Part shown: piece by piece, positions 12,790 to 25,935 of the stretch
How positions within the stretch are numbered: position 1 is the first letter of the stretch
Layout: each line of letters begins with the position of its first letter
The notes under the pieces: model-generated
The model's input: the letters and a program-made list of their open reading frames with translations, nothing else
What the model was told of the DNA's origin: nothing
Database searches by the model: none
NCBI GenBank assembly: GCA_951406725.2
Contig: OX597815.1
Location: forward strand, 191,828,001-191,892,000
Length of the DNA stretch: 64,000 nucleotides
DNA from: Octopus vulgaris
Taxonomy: Eukaryota
Reading direction: 5' to 3'
Translations under genes and position numbers: made by a program

Positions 12790-13295
12790 TTCATACATAC
12801 ATATATAATACATGTGTATATATATATATATATGCGTGTGTGTGTATATGTGTGTGTGTGTATGTGTGTGTCTATGTAATGTGTAAATATATGTATATAT
12901 GTATATAAATGTGTGTATACATGTATGTATATATATATGTGTGTGTATACATGTATGTATGTATATGTGTATATATTTATAAATATATATATATATACAC
13001 ATAAATATATATATATATTTATGTACATATGTGTATATGTGTGTATATATATATGTGTGTGTGTATATATATATGTATATATATGTATATTGTCATCATC
13101 ATTATTTGATGTCTGTTTTCCTTGCTGACATTGGCTGTATTTATACATACATACACACATACATATATGTGTGTGAGTGTGTGTGTATATGTATATACAT
13201 ATACACACCTATATATATATATATATATATATATGAATATATGTGTATATAAGTGTGTATTTGTATATATGTTAATATATGTGTATATATGTATG

Positions 13296-13328
<33 letters not shown>

Positions 13329-13350
13329 GTATATATACATACATGTCTGT
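12790..13350. repeat. Compound (TA)/(TG)/(CA)n microsatellite
   Basis: Low-complexity dinucleotide tract. Confidence 0.95.
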
Positions 13351-13923
13351 GAGTTTTATGTGATGCATGCTAGTGTGTGAAAGTGTCAGTCTGTGTATCA
13401 CCACAGCGCAAATGCGCATGTGTGTGCGTGCGTATGCATTGATATGCGTATGAAAGCATTTCTAGGTGAAATGCTTGCTCTGTTCATTCTTCGTGCTAAA
13501 CATAGATAAACGGAGAATGTTTTGCTGGATTTGTGGGACGGTTAAGATAGTTTATCTCAAAGTTTCCATGTGCTCAAGTTTCTATAAGCTGCTTTAAAAG
13601 TGCTTCCACGCATCCTGGGAAAGGAAGAACTGTAGAACTGATAAACAAAGCAGAGGCACTTACATGAAACAGCTTAGATGTCAAAAAAAAAAAAGAAGAA
13701 AAAACGAAAGGCCCAAAACAAAGCAAAAAAAACAAAACAAGTAAAACCCCATGAGGAATTTAAAATGGTTTCATATGAGGCATTATGCCACATGTTTGTT
13801 GCTGTAAATCAAAAATTATATATTACAAATAGCAGTTTCATTTGCTGTTGTGACAGTAGATAACAGTATAAGATAATAATAATAATAATAACAACAGTTA
13901 TTATGCTGATGATGATGATGATG

Positions 13924-13969
<46 letters not shown>

Positions 13970-14185
13970 TCCTTTATGTTATGGGCACAATGACTGAAAT
14001 TTGTGGAGAGGGAGTAAATCGATTACATCGACCTCAGTGCGTAACTGGTACTTATGTAATCGACCCCCCCCCCAAAAGGATGAAAGGCAAAGTCAACCTT
14101 GGCGGAATTTGAACTCAGAACGCGATGGCAGATGAATACCGCTAAGCATTTCGCCTGGCATGCTAAGGATACTGACAACTCGCTG
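13970..14185 (-). mobile_element. SINE family A
   Basis: Reverse complement of head and central domain. Confidence 0.8.
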
Positions 14186-14193
14186 TCTTGATA

Positions 14194-14322
<129 letters not shown>

Positions 14323-14407
14323 ATTGGCCTGATGCAATACCAGGCAGTGGCTCTCGTGAGTTCTGAAATTATCAAATGTTGAATAATAATAATAATGATA
14401 ATAATAA

Positions 14408-14964
14408 ATGTCTTGATGAAGTACCAGGCAGTGCCTCTCATAGCTTCTGATCTTAACTGATTGGAAGTGTTATCATGTACATTGTTTTGTTTTGGTATAA
14501 AAGATGGGCTACAGCAAATATTCTGCTCAATACCACAGATTTGCTTGTCAGTTGTTTGACCTTAACCAGTTGAGCATGTCCCTTAGTGGCTAACGATATG
14601 TGCATCTCTGATCACGAGCAGAAGTAGTGGGGGAGCATCATAGCCATGTGTTGAGAGGGATTCTTTGGAGGTTTGGATAATTCACCTCTGGAAACAGGTG
14701 TTTTGTTCATCATCCTTAAAGTGCCCTTATTCAGGGACCTTTTGAGGTTGATGGGTTACTTGACCTGAAGAAAATTCTAACTGGGCCCCACCTGCAATGT
14801 CATGTGCTGTTTATTTTGATATGAGATCACCATGTCGCGCACATACGGTTGTGATGCATGTGCCTGGTGTACCCTTATCAGATGGGTAGTCATGATGCGT
14901 TAACTGGGCTTCATATATTTTACCCCAGTGTCATTTTGATGGCATGCACCGCTCCCTCACTCAA
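14408..14964 (+). mobile_element. Unclassified ~550 bp non-coding interspersed element embedded in (TAA)n
   Basis: Full-length reverse-complement copy at 56839-57360, also between (TAA)n. Confidence 0.8.
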
Positions 14965-14981
14965 TAATAATAATAATAATG

Positions 14982-15190
14982 TTTTCAAATTTTGTCACAA
15001 GGGCAGCAGTTTTGGGGGAGGGGATGAGTCGATTACATTGACCCCAGTGCATAACTGGTACTTATTTCATTGACCCTGAAAAGATGAAAGCAATGTTGAC
15101 CTCAGCAGAATATGAACTCAGAACATAGCGATGGATAAAATACTGCTAAGCATTTTACCTGGCATGCTAATGATTCTGGCAGCTTGCTCT
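14982..15190 (-). mobile_element. SINE family A
   Basis: Reverse complement of head and central domain. Confidence 0.75.
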
Positions 15191-15289
15191 CTTATCTCAA
15201 TAACAATAATAATAATGATAATAATAATAATAATAATAGTAATAACTGCTTCAAGTTTTGTCTCAAGGTCAGTAATATAAAAGGGAAAG

Positions 15290-15970
15290 AATGGCAGAAT
15301 TGTTAGCATGCTTGGCAAAATGCTTAGCGGTATTTCATCTGCCGTTACATTCTGAGTTCAAATTCTGCCAAGGTCGACTTTGCCTTTCATCCATTCAGGG
15401 TCGATTAAATAAGTACCAGCTATGCACTGGGGTCAATATATATTTCTTTACTACCCACAAGGAGCTAAAAAAAAGAGGGGACAAACAAGGACAGACAAAC
15501 GGATTAAGTCGATTACAAGGACAGACAAACGGATTAAGTCGATTACATCAACCCCAGTGAACTGGTACTTAATTTATCAACCCCGAAAGGATGAAAGGTA
15601 AAGTTGACATCAGCGGAATTTTAACTCAGAATGTAACGGCAGACGAAATACGGCTACGCATTTTGCCCGGCGTGCTAACGTTTCTGCCAGCTCACTGGGG
15701 TCAATATAATCGACTTAATCCCTTTGTCTGTCCTTGTTTGTCCCCTCTATGTTTAGCCCCTTGTTGGCAATAAAGAAATAGGTATTTTGTCTGCCGTTAC
15801 ATTCTGAGTTCAAATTCCGCCGAGGTCATCTTTGCCTTTCATGCATTCGGGGTCGGTTAAAAATAAGTACCAGTTATGCACTGGGGGCTGATGTAATTGA
15901 CTTAATCCCTTTTTCTGTCCTTGTTTGTCCCCTCTATGTTTAGCCCCCTGTGGGCAATAAAGAAATAAAT
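15290..15970 (+). mobile_element. SINE A dimer containing a nested antiparallel SINE A (15441-15692)
   Basis: 16-bp TSD CACTGGGGTCAATATA at 15425-15440 and 15693-15708. Confidence 0.85.
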
Positions 15971-16535
15971 ATAAAGGCAAAGGAGTTAGTCAAGACTGTG
16001 GATTTTGATACTTGAATAAAGCTTTTTTTATCAATCCCAAAAGGTGGAAGGCAATGTTGGCTCCAGCAGAATTTGAGTGATGGAGAGTGATGGGGAGTGA
16101 TGGGGGAGTAATGTTGCTGTCATTTCCCTGTTAGTGGGTTGTTCGCCAGATTTATGCCTTCAAGGTCACGTGGAATAATATGTCTTTGTTGAAAAACAGA
16201 TAAGTGTTGGTGACAGGAAGGGCTTCTGGTCATAAAATAAAGTAAAGCTTCAATAGCATATCTGTTTCCTTTCATGCATTCGGGGTCGGTTAAAAATAAG
16301 TACCAGTTATGCACTGGGGGCTGATGTAATTGACTTAATCCCTTTTTCTGTCCTTGTTTGTCCCCTCTATGTTTAGCCCCCTGTGGGCAATAAAGAAATA
16401 AATATAAAGGCAAAGGAGTTAGTCAAGACTGTGGATTTTGATACTTGAATAAAGCTTTTTTTATCAATCCCAAAAGGTGGAAGGCAATGTTGGCTCCAGC
16501 AGAATTTGAGTGATGGAGAGTGATGGGGAGTGATG
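15835..16535 (+). repeat. 268-bp direct duplication (15835-16102 and 16268-16535)
   Basis: Copies appear identical by eye and include SINE tail plus flank. Confidence 0.9.
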
Positions 16536-16702
16536 TGTATGTGTGTGTTTCTGTTTGTGTCTGATTTCCCAACCTTTCTTGACAACCAGTGTTGGTTTAT
16601 TTATGTCCTGGTAACTTAGTGGTTTGGCAAAATAGACTAATAGAATAAGTACCAGATTTAAAAGATAAGTATTGCTGTTCATTTGTTCAATTAAAAAAAA
16701 AT

Positions 16703-17028
16703 AATAATAATGAAATTATTGTATACAGTGCTCAGGTGCACCACAACTTGTCAAAAGTGCGTATAAAGCATATGCACTAATGTACAAATGTCTGGAAAGT
16801 GAACAGTGTATGGGTCAGATACATGCTTGCGTGTGTATGGAGGGGAGAAAATCAGGCGTATGTGTGTATGAATACATGTATAGGCATGTATATGTGTGTG
16901 TTTTGAAGGATGCAGTGCTCCGACAACTAACAACTGATGCCGGCAGTTTGTTCCATACTTCAGCAACTCTTAGCCTGAAAAAATGTTTCCTAAAGTCATG
17001 GGAGCTGTGCTGTTTTCTGACTTTGTCA
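16703..17028 (-). mobile_element. CR1/L2-group LINE 3' end
   Basis: RKHFFRLRVAEVWNKLPASVVSCRSTASFK matches the CR1 ORF2 C-terminus; 3' UTR repeated at 40990-41184. Confidence 0.85.
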
Positions 17029-17134
17029 ATTAATCTCTTCAAGATAGTACTCCAGTATGGCCGCAGTCCAATGAATGAAACAAGTAAAGGATTAAAAGAA
17101 AAAAGACAAACTAACAAAACAAACATATACCTTG

Positions 17135-17532
17135 CATCTTTTATCTTTTACTTGTTCCAGTCATTAGACTGTGGCCATACTGGGGCACCAACCTGAAGCA
17201 TTTTAGCTGAATGAATCTACCTCAGTATTCATTTTATTTGATCAGTTTCTTTTGCCAAACTGCTATGTTATGGAGACAAACACAGGCACAAAATCATGCA
17301 CACACACACACACTCATAAACATATATTCACATACACACGTACATACACACACATGCTTACATGTACACACATGCACACATGATGAGCTTCTTTTAGTTT
17401 CTATCTACCAAATCCACTCATAAGACTTTGGTAAGCCTGAGACTGTAGTAGAAGGAACTTGCCCAAGGTGCCATGCAGTGGGACCACACACACGTACATA
17501 TATGTCTGTATGCATATATGTATGTATATATA

Positions 17533-17601
<69 letters not shown>

Positions 17602-17825
17602 CTGTATGTATATATATATATATATGTGTGTGTCTGTATGTATATATATATATATATGTGTGTGTCTGTATGTATAGCCCGGGCCGACCAATGCCTTGTG
17701 AGTGGATTTGTATGACGGATAACTAAAGAAGCCTGTCGTATATATGTATATATATATATATGTGTGTGGGTGTTTGTCCCCCTAACATTGCTTGACAACC
17801 GATGCTAGTGTGTTTACGTCCCCGT
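17135..17825. mobile_element. SINE family B fragments (- 17135-17485, + 17675-17825) around (TA)n
   Basis: Similarity to 49926-50332. Confidence 0.7.
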
Positions 17826-19034
17826 ATATATGTAGTTATATATATGTGTGTGTCTGTATGTATATATGTATATATATATATATATATATGTGTAACGGTG
17901 GTGCATTAGCATGGCCACAGCTCTGAGCTGAAACTAGAGAAAAAAATATCTATATATCTGTGTGTATGTATGTGTATAAACATATATATATATATATATA
18001 TGGATATATATGTATATATATATATGTGTATATATACACACACACACACACACACACTCATGTATATATATATATATATATATGCACAGACACATATATA
18101 CACACACACATATATACACACATATATATATACACACATATATATGTATGTATATATATATATATATTCTGAACACTTGTACATGAATGCACAAATTACT
18201 GTAAACATGTGCTATGTGGGTTGGAAAAGCAGGCCATACCTACTCAGGCTTCAACTATAAACATTAATTATTAAATATAAAATGTAAATGATTTCCAATG
18301 CTAATTTTATGCATGGAATTCATTGCATAATTCAGTAAATAGCTAATAATTAGATATCAGACAGGCGCGATTTCCGCTCTTTATTCAACATCAATGTACA
18401 TGAAGCTATTAATCTCGCATGCTGTGAGTTCAGCTTCAGAAGATAAAAAAAAACAAAAAAAACTGGAAAATGTGAAAAAAATAAGTGTCATAGAAGCAGA
18501 ATAATATCTACTTACGCTCAGCTTCACAATGGAGTGAGGAATGTGCAAAAGAGTATATTTTCTTCTTTGTGATTGAGCTAATATTAAGTGTGTGTATGTG
18601 TGTGTATATAATTGTAGTAGTGAATAGGTCTGTGTGTCTATTTGTACTTGTGTATGTGTGTGTGTGTGTGTGTATTTGTACTTGTGTGTACAACTTCGTG
18701 GAAAAGTTAAAATATGCTTAACTAGAAGGTTATATATGTATAATTATTGTTAGTATTTGTTGATATTGCATACCTAAGTACGATCTGCTGAACCTATCCT
18801 GTATTTACATATCTATATGCATTGCATGTATGTATGTATGTATGTATGTGTGTATACACACACACATAATAGTCTAGTCACACATTCATGTATAAACTTG
18901 CCCACACATGCACACACGACATGCAGAAATGGAAAACCCAATAATTTTAATAAAAATATTATATATATTATATAATATATATATATAATAAATTAATGAA
19001 TAAAAACATATGCATATATACATACATATATGTA

Positions 19035-19228
19035 CGTACCTACCGCTACATGTATATATACACACCTATATGAGTACAGGACACCAAAAAAACGTTGAAC
19101 ACAATGAGAAACGAAAACATAGACACAAAACCAAGGAACTGGACATTTTTCTTAAACAACAAAAAAATAGAGTACAGGACAAATAACACAGAACGCATGC
19201 ATTCATTTCTAAGTAAGATTGTTCTATA

Positions 19229-19230
<2 letters not shown>
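19035..19230 (-). mobile_element. Short (TA)n-embedded element fragment
   Basis: ATGAGTACAGGACACCA...AGAGTACAGGACAAA also at 53057-53180. Confidence 0.65.
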
Positions 19231-19270
<40 letters not shown>

Positions 19271-19437
19271 CACACACACACACACACACTTCATCATCGT
19301 CATCACTTACAAGGTTTTGGTCAGCCCAGAGCTATAGTAGAAGACACTTGCCCAAGGTGCCATGTGCTGGGACTGAACCTGGAACCATGTGATTAGTAAG
19401 CAAGCTACTTACCAAACAGCCACTCCTGCACCTATAT

Positions 19438-19470
<33 letters not shown>

Positions 19471-19659
19471 TATGTGTGTACTGTGAGTCCGTGTGTATCA
19501 TAAGTTGAAGATGGGAAGGATGACTTCCCTTCACAAATACTGATAGGGCACAGAAAGTGTGTCTATAGCCAGCTGGAGGAGGTGTCTTCCTGGGGCTACA
19601 AACTACAGTAGCATCCACCCTTAGGGGTTAGCCATATTCAAATGGCAAATATACGTCAC

Positions 19660-19705
<46 letters not shown>

Positions 19706-19855
19706 TAACCACAAAGCCTTGGGCGTAGTGTCTATTTGCTTTCTACTTATGATGGCCCATCAAAGGAGATGATAGCATCAATCCAGGCCATTCATTCCCT
19801 CTGCCTTCAGCACATTGTTTCTCATGGGATGTGGCTGACAAAACCGATATGAGAT

Positions 19856-19970
19856 TCTGTGGCACCGAAGGCACTGAGATTGACCCTGAACAACAGCCGC
19901 CGGGATTTGTTGATGACATCTCATCCTCTCTTCCCGTGGTTGGTTTCAAGGCACTCTACCCCTGCATCAC
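19856..19970 (+). repeat. Unclassified interspersed repeat
   Basis: Homologous to 63425-63550 (AACAACAG..GATGACATCTC..TCTCT.CC). Confidence 0.6.
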
Positions 19971-20192
19971 ACATGTGGACTTCTGTGCCTTCTGATTAAT
20001 AGCCAGAGCCTCTGAATGATTGGGAAGAGACACATCATCCTCATACTCATCATTGTTTAACGTCTGTTTTCTATGCTGGCAGGGGTTGGAGATGGTTTGA
20101 CAGGAGCTGGCCAGCCGGGGGGGGAGTTGCCCAGCTCATTAATATATATATTATATATCATATATCAATCAAATAATGTTATATATATGTGC

Positions 20193-20227
<35 letters not shown>

Positions 20228-20555
20228 TATGTCTTGTATATATATGCACACACATGAACACATGCATACACATATATATATACACATAAATATATATATA
20301 TATATAACATATATATAATATACATATAATATATATATATGCATGTGTATTTATGTGTGTGTATATATATAACATGATATACATATAATATATATACATA
20401 TGTATGTATATTTATGTATGTATGTATATATGTATGTATATATATATGTATGTATATATATATAATGTGTATATATATATAATGTGTATATATATATAAT
20501 GTATATATATGTATATATATAATGTATATATAATGTATATATATATGTGTGTGTG

Positions 20556-20680
<125 letters not shown>

Positions 20681-20681
20681 A

Positions 20682-20915
20682 TCATCATCATCGTTTAACG
20701 TCCGTTTTCCGCGCTAGCACGGGTTGGACGGTTTCGACCGGGGTCTGGGGAGCTCGGGACTGCCCCAGGCTCCAGTCTAGTCTGGCAGTGTTTCTACAGC
20801 TGGATGCCCTTCCTAACGTCAACCACTCCGCGAGTGTAGTGGGTGTTTTTTACGTGCCACCTGCACAGGTGCCAGAGGGGTCTGGCATCGGCCACGTTTG
20901 GATGGTGCTTTTTAT
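20682..20915 (-). mobile_element. SINE-like family C, 3' part
   Basis: Reverse complement of the 11720-11900 body and tail. Confidence 0.85.
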
Positions 20916-21358
20916 GTGGGGGGGGTGGTGCAGAAATATAGGGGAGCACCAGTGGGGAGGGGTGGTTCAGAGAAATGATGACAGGTTCTAGGCAAGTAGA
21001 ACGTAGGATATCGAGAGAGGGGTAATGCATGGTGAAATAGCGTATTGAAGAGGGGGGTTCGAAGAGTAGACACCTATAATGGTGGTGGGAGAAGCGACAT
21101 CCGGTATAGATGGAGCAAAATATAGAGATATCCGGTATTGGTGGTGGGGGTGGGCAGGGCGGGTGCACCGCGAAGATACGAAGCGAAGATACGAAGTTTG
21201 ATTTTAGACGAATGAAGATAGATAGATAGATAGAGAAATTAGATAGAGAAATTTGATAAATAGTTAGACAGATAGAGAAACATAAATAAATGGTAGCCGA
21301 AGTGAAAATTAAGCATTCAACTTATCTGCGCTCAGGACTACAGCTTGTAGATGAATGA

Positions 21359-21404
<46 letters not shown>

Positions 21405-22157
21405 ATATGTGTATTAGAGGGGACATACTTCAAGATGGCGCGAAGATACGAAGTTTGATTTTAGACGAATGAAGATAGATAGATAGATAGATAGAGAAAT
21501 TAGATAGATAGAGAAATTTGATAAATAGTTAGACAGATAGAGAAACATAAGAGGGAGTATCCGGTGTGGATGGTGAGAACAGTGTTCACCGGTATTGGTG
21601 GTGGGGTGGGAGGGCGGGCGCACCGCGCATTGGGAGAAGATGAGGTTTTTAGGCGGCAGAAAGAAGACAGGATTGAGATGAAATGCTTTGCGGTGGTGTG
21701 AATAAGTTTTTGTGAGTGAAAGTTTTTATGCTTCAGCTAGCATTTGAGACGAAAGACAACGATAACGCTAATATATGGGGATACAATAATAATAAGGCTT
21801 GCAAAAACAATGAAAAGAGGAAACAGGTCGGGAACTTAGCTGATGTTTTTCATCCTGCGGTATTGGCTAAGCCTGTGGAAGCGAGTGAAGGTGAGATATA
21901 TACCGAGAGAGACAGTGAAAACAGAGGGAGAACCGACACCACATAGCGAGAGAGAGAGAGAGAGAGAGAGACATAGTGACACCGTGCATTGGGAGAAGAT
22001 GAGGTTTTTTAGGCGGCAGAAAGAAGACAGGATTGAGATGAAATGCTTTGCGGTGGTGTGAATAAGTTTTTGTGAGTGAAAGTTTTTATGCTTCAGCTAG
22101 CATTTGAGACGAAAGACAACGGTAACGCTAATATATGGGAATACAATAATAATAAGG

Positions 22158-22160
<3 letters not shown>
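20916..22160. repeat. CpG-rich mosaic element with three internally duplicated modules
   Basis: Module pairs ~21132/21589, ~21184/21440, ~21627/21986. Confidence 0.7.
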
Positions 22161-22194
<34 letters not shown>

Positions 22195-22790
22195 ATGAAA
22201 ACTACGTTGAGGAGACAGGAAGGAAACTGACCAACCATGTAATTGTGCATAAACAAGAAATTAAGGATTCAACTGTTAGGAATGTCCCATGCAGTGAACA
22301 TCGACATGTCTATGGAAATGTAAAATTTAAAATATTCCCATTTTACAAGATAAACGCTGAAAATGTACAACCACAAAATGCAAAAGAAGAATACTTTGAA
22401 TAATTCTAAACCTGAAATTAAACCGATAATAGGCAACATTCCATATAACAAACATTGGTAAAAGAATATTTCTGACCAAAATCAAAAGTTTGAAAATAAA
22501 CTGGAAATGATACTTCCACAAAAATAACAACTTTCTCTTTCAGAGGATGTGTGTTTGAAAAGGTTTTTAGGAAAGCACTCACACTCTAGAAAAGAACTTC
22601 TTCCCAAAAAAGGTTAGTAACATCCTCATAAAAGATTTCATAACATTTAGTAAAACAATCATACATACATATATATTTGAAGAATAATCAGCCGAAATTG
22701 CAAGGATAATCTGGTTCTTGACTGAAGATAGGAAACTTCGAATGACCCGTCCTTGTTTTCTTTGTATCGTCTATCTGGATGATTTGAGTT

Positions 22791-22834
<44 letters not shown>

Positions 22835-22837
<3 letters not shown>

Positions 22838-23124
22838 GAGGTGCAATGGCCTAGTGGTTAGGGAGCGGACTCACGGTCGGAGGATCGCGGTTACGATTCC
22901 CAGACCAGGCGTTGTGTGTGTTTATTGAGCGAAAACACCTAAAGGGGGGGGGGGGCGATCCCTGCTCTACTCTTTCGCCACAACTTTCTCTCGCTCTTTC
23001 TTCTGTTCGCCTGCTAGCTAAGCCAGCGGAGTGGCGTCATTTGAAGGCTAAAACAATGCGAAGCACATTGTGACCAGCGATGTGTAACAACATCTGATAG
23101 CCTGGTCAGTCACGTGATCACGTA

Positions 23125-23125
<1 letters not shown>
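22835..23125 (+). mobile_element. tRNA-derived SINE family D, second tail type
   Basis: Same head as 3537, different 3' half. Confidence 0.8.
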
Positions 23126-23166
<41 letters not shown>

Positions 23167-23396
23167 GATGGGCTACTTTCAGTTTCCGTCTACCAAATCC
23201 ACTCACAAGGCTTTGGTCAGCCCAAGGCTATAGTAGGAGACACTTACCGAAGGTGCCACGCATTGAGACTGAACCTTGAACCATGTGGTTGGGAAGCAAG
23301 CTATTTACCACACAGCCACTCCTGCACCTACATATATATATATATATAAGGAAGTTAATAATTGCTTATTATTAACAACGAATTGGTCATCTTTGC

Positions 23397-23492
23397 TTCT
23401 TACAACCATTTCAATTAATACTCAATAATTTAATTACAAATTTGTACATCAAATTTACAGTTATGTGATATGAGTATAATTTCATCAGAGAA
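23397..23492 (-). ncRNA. Type I hammerhead motif with long stem II
   Basis: TTCT-CTGATGA-AATTATACTCA...TGAGTATTAATT-GAAA-TGGTTG-TA-AGAA. Confidence 0.7.
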
Positions 23493-23516
23493 AAAAAATG
23501 TATGTACCTTCTTTTT

Positions 23517-23612
23517 ACCTCTGATGAAATTATACTCATGTCACATAAATATGAATTTAATGTACAAATTTGTAATTAAATTATTGGGTATTAATTGAAA
23601 TGGCTGTAAGAA
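23517..23612 (+). ncRNA. Type I hammerhead motif with long stem II
   Basis: CT-CTGATGA-AATTATACTCA...TGGGTATTAATT-GAAA-TGGCTG-TA-AG. Confidence 0.65.
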
Positions 23613-23824
23613 GCAAAGAGGACCAATTTATTATTAATAAACATTTATTAACTTCCTTATCTCCATTTTCTTTTCTTCTTACATCTGGATATAAACTATA
23701 TGCTTAATATATACCTATTGTTTTAAGGGTGTTTCATTCCCCAACAATACTAGGTATTGGACCAGTATTTCCTTGGATGTAGCCATCCCTTCATGAGGTT
23801 AACACATCCTCTAGTCAAATATCT

Positions 23825-24369
23825 GTTGAGGCAAGTGAAATCAAAATCAAATTCGATGACTAGTGGGAGGCAAAGAGCGCCATACAAGTGTGATCGTTGA
23901 CAGAGTGGCTATCTGGCTTCCGTGCCAGTGGCACTTAAAAGGCACCATTCGAGTGTGATCGATACCAGCATCGCCTTACTGGCACTTGTGCCTGTGCTAG
24001 TAGGGTGCCAAGAGTACCATCTGAGCATGATCGTTGACAGAGCGGCCAACTGGCTTCCGTGCCGGTGGCATGTAAAAGGGCACCAGTTGAGTGTGATCAT
24101 TACCAGCGTCGCCTGTGCTGGTGGCATATGTAAAAAGATTTGAGCGAGGTTATTGCCAGTACCGCCTGACCGACCCCCGTGCTGGTGGCACGTAAAAAGC
24201 ACCCACAACACTCTCAGAGTGGTTGGCATTAGGGAGGGTATCAAGCTGTAGAAACTCTGCCAGATCAAGATTAGAGCCTGGTGCAGCCATCTGGTTTGCC
24301 AATCCTCAGTCAAAATCGTCCAACCTATTGCTAGCATGGAAAGCGGACGTTAAACAATGATGATGATGA

Positions 24370-24370
<1 letters not shown>
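23825..24370 (+). mobile_element. SINE-like family C, long form
   Basis: Repeated GGCAC.TAAAAG units, body and (GAT)n tail; similar to 61585-62146. Confidence 0.85.
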
Positions 24371-24414
<44 letters not shown>

Positions 24415-24750
24415 CCTTTTGTGACCCAAATGCATAACAGTGCTCAGTATGTCTGCTTGTAAGCGGTATATATATCTCCATCCTTCATCCCTGTCACTGA
24501 CACAATTCTACTATACTCAGAATAGTGGAATAGCAGAATAGCAGAATACTGTAGGAGTCTTTATAAATATACATAGATGTTCAACATCATTCATATGATA
24601 CTTTACAGTGTATTGTGTTTGTAAAAAATATATACGCTCACTGAATATAATGATGTACGTGTGTTTTTAAATAGCTTTTAGATGACTTTTTCACAATAAC
24701 ATTACTTAAAGTCTATATATGTACATCTGTTTATATATATATATATATAT

Positions 24751-24918
24751 ATACTAAATAATTAGGGTTCAGCAAAGATTTGCTTTACCACATACCGAAG
24801 TTTAGAAATAGCAGCCAAAAACGTTAGCTATTTCTTCTACTTAAAAAGGAGTCCCTTTTTAAGTAGAAGAAATTGCTAAGAAATAGCTAATCTTTGCTGA
24901 ACCCTAATTATTTAGTAT
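24751..24918. repeat. Nested inverted repeat in a (TA)n-embedded element
   Basis: ATACTAAATAATTAGGGTTCAGCAAAGATT and its reverse complement; inner TTTCTTCTACTTAAAAAGG/CCTTTTTAAGTAGAAGAAA. Confidence 0.85.
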
Positions 24919-25199
24919 TACTTAACTTTACCATGAAATGGTCCTTTTTTCATGCTGAATTCTACTTGGTGAAATTATTGATTACTTCTTAATTAATTAA
25001 TTTTACTCTTTGTTATTATATACATATATATATATATATATATATGAGTGTGTATACAAAATAAATATATGGAATGCAATGTCATGTATATGTGTGTGTG
25101 TGTTTTAAATAAGTTCTTAAATGGCATTCTCTTAATGTGATTGCTTAATGTCATAATTTATATGTATATCTGCCAAGCAACCTACAGACCTATCTATAT

Positions 25200-25204
25200 C
25201 TAGC

Positions 25205-25265
<61 letters not shown>

Positions 25266-25935
25266 GCATGTCTGTCTGCCTGTCTATCTGTCTATCTATC
25301 TATCTATCTGTCTGCATGTCTGTCTGTCTGTCCATCGATCCATCCTTCCTTCCTTCCTTCCTTCCTTCCTTCCTTCCTTCCTTCCTTCCTTCCTTCCTTC
25401 CTTCCTTCCTTCCTTCCTTCCTTCCTTCCTTCCTTCCTTCCTTCCGTCCGTCTGTTTGTCTGCATGTCTATTTATCTGTCTGTCTGTTCGTCCGTCTGTC
25501 TGTCTCCTTCCCCCTTTTTTTCTCTCCATATCTCACTCTGGATCTTTCCATTTATCTACCTGTCTGTCTGTCTGTCTGTCTGTCTCTGTCTTCCTATCTG
25601 CCTATCTATTTGCCTATATTGTTCTATCTACCTGTCTGTTTATCTTTTCATCTATTTATATATCTATCTATCTATCTATCTATCTGTCTATCTCTCTGTC
25701 TGTCTATCTGTCAGTCTGTCTGTTTATCTTTTCATCTATTTATATATCTATCTATCTACCTATCTGTCTATCTCTCTGTCTGTCTGTCCATCCATCCATG
25801 TGATTGCATCTGTCTGTCTGTCTGCCCTTCTATCTGTCTGCCTATCTTCCTATCATCCTACCTATCTGTCCATCGATCAATCAATCTGTTGGTCTGTCTG
25901 TCAGTCAGCCTGTCTGTCTGTCTGTCTGTTCTCTG
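25200..25935. repeat. (TCTG)/(TTCC)/(TCTA)n tract
   Basis: Tetranucleotide repeats. Confidence 0.95.

Larger units (their letters stand above)
23346..23805. mobile_element. Penelope-type pLTR-like element with inverted partial duplication (fold-back 23346-23660)
   Basis: Arms of ~145 bp, each with a hammerhead core; 3' part homologous to the reverse complement of 60765-60900. Confidence 0.8.
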
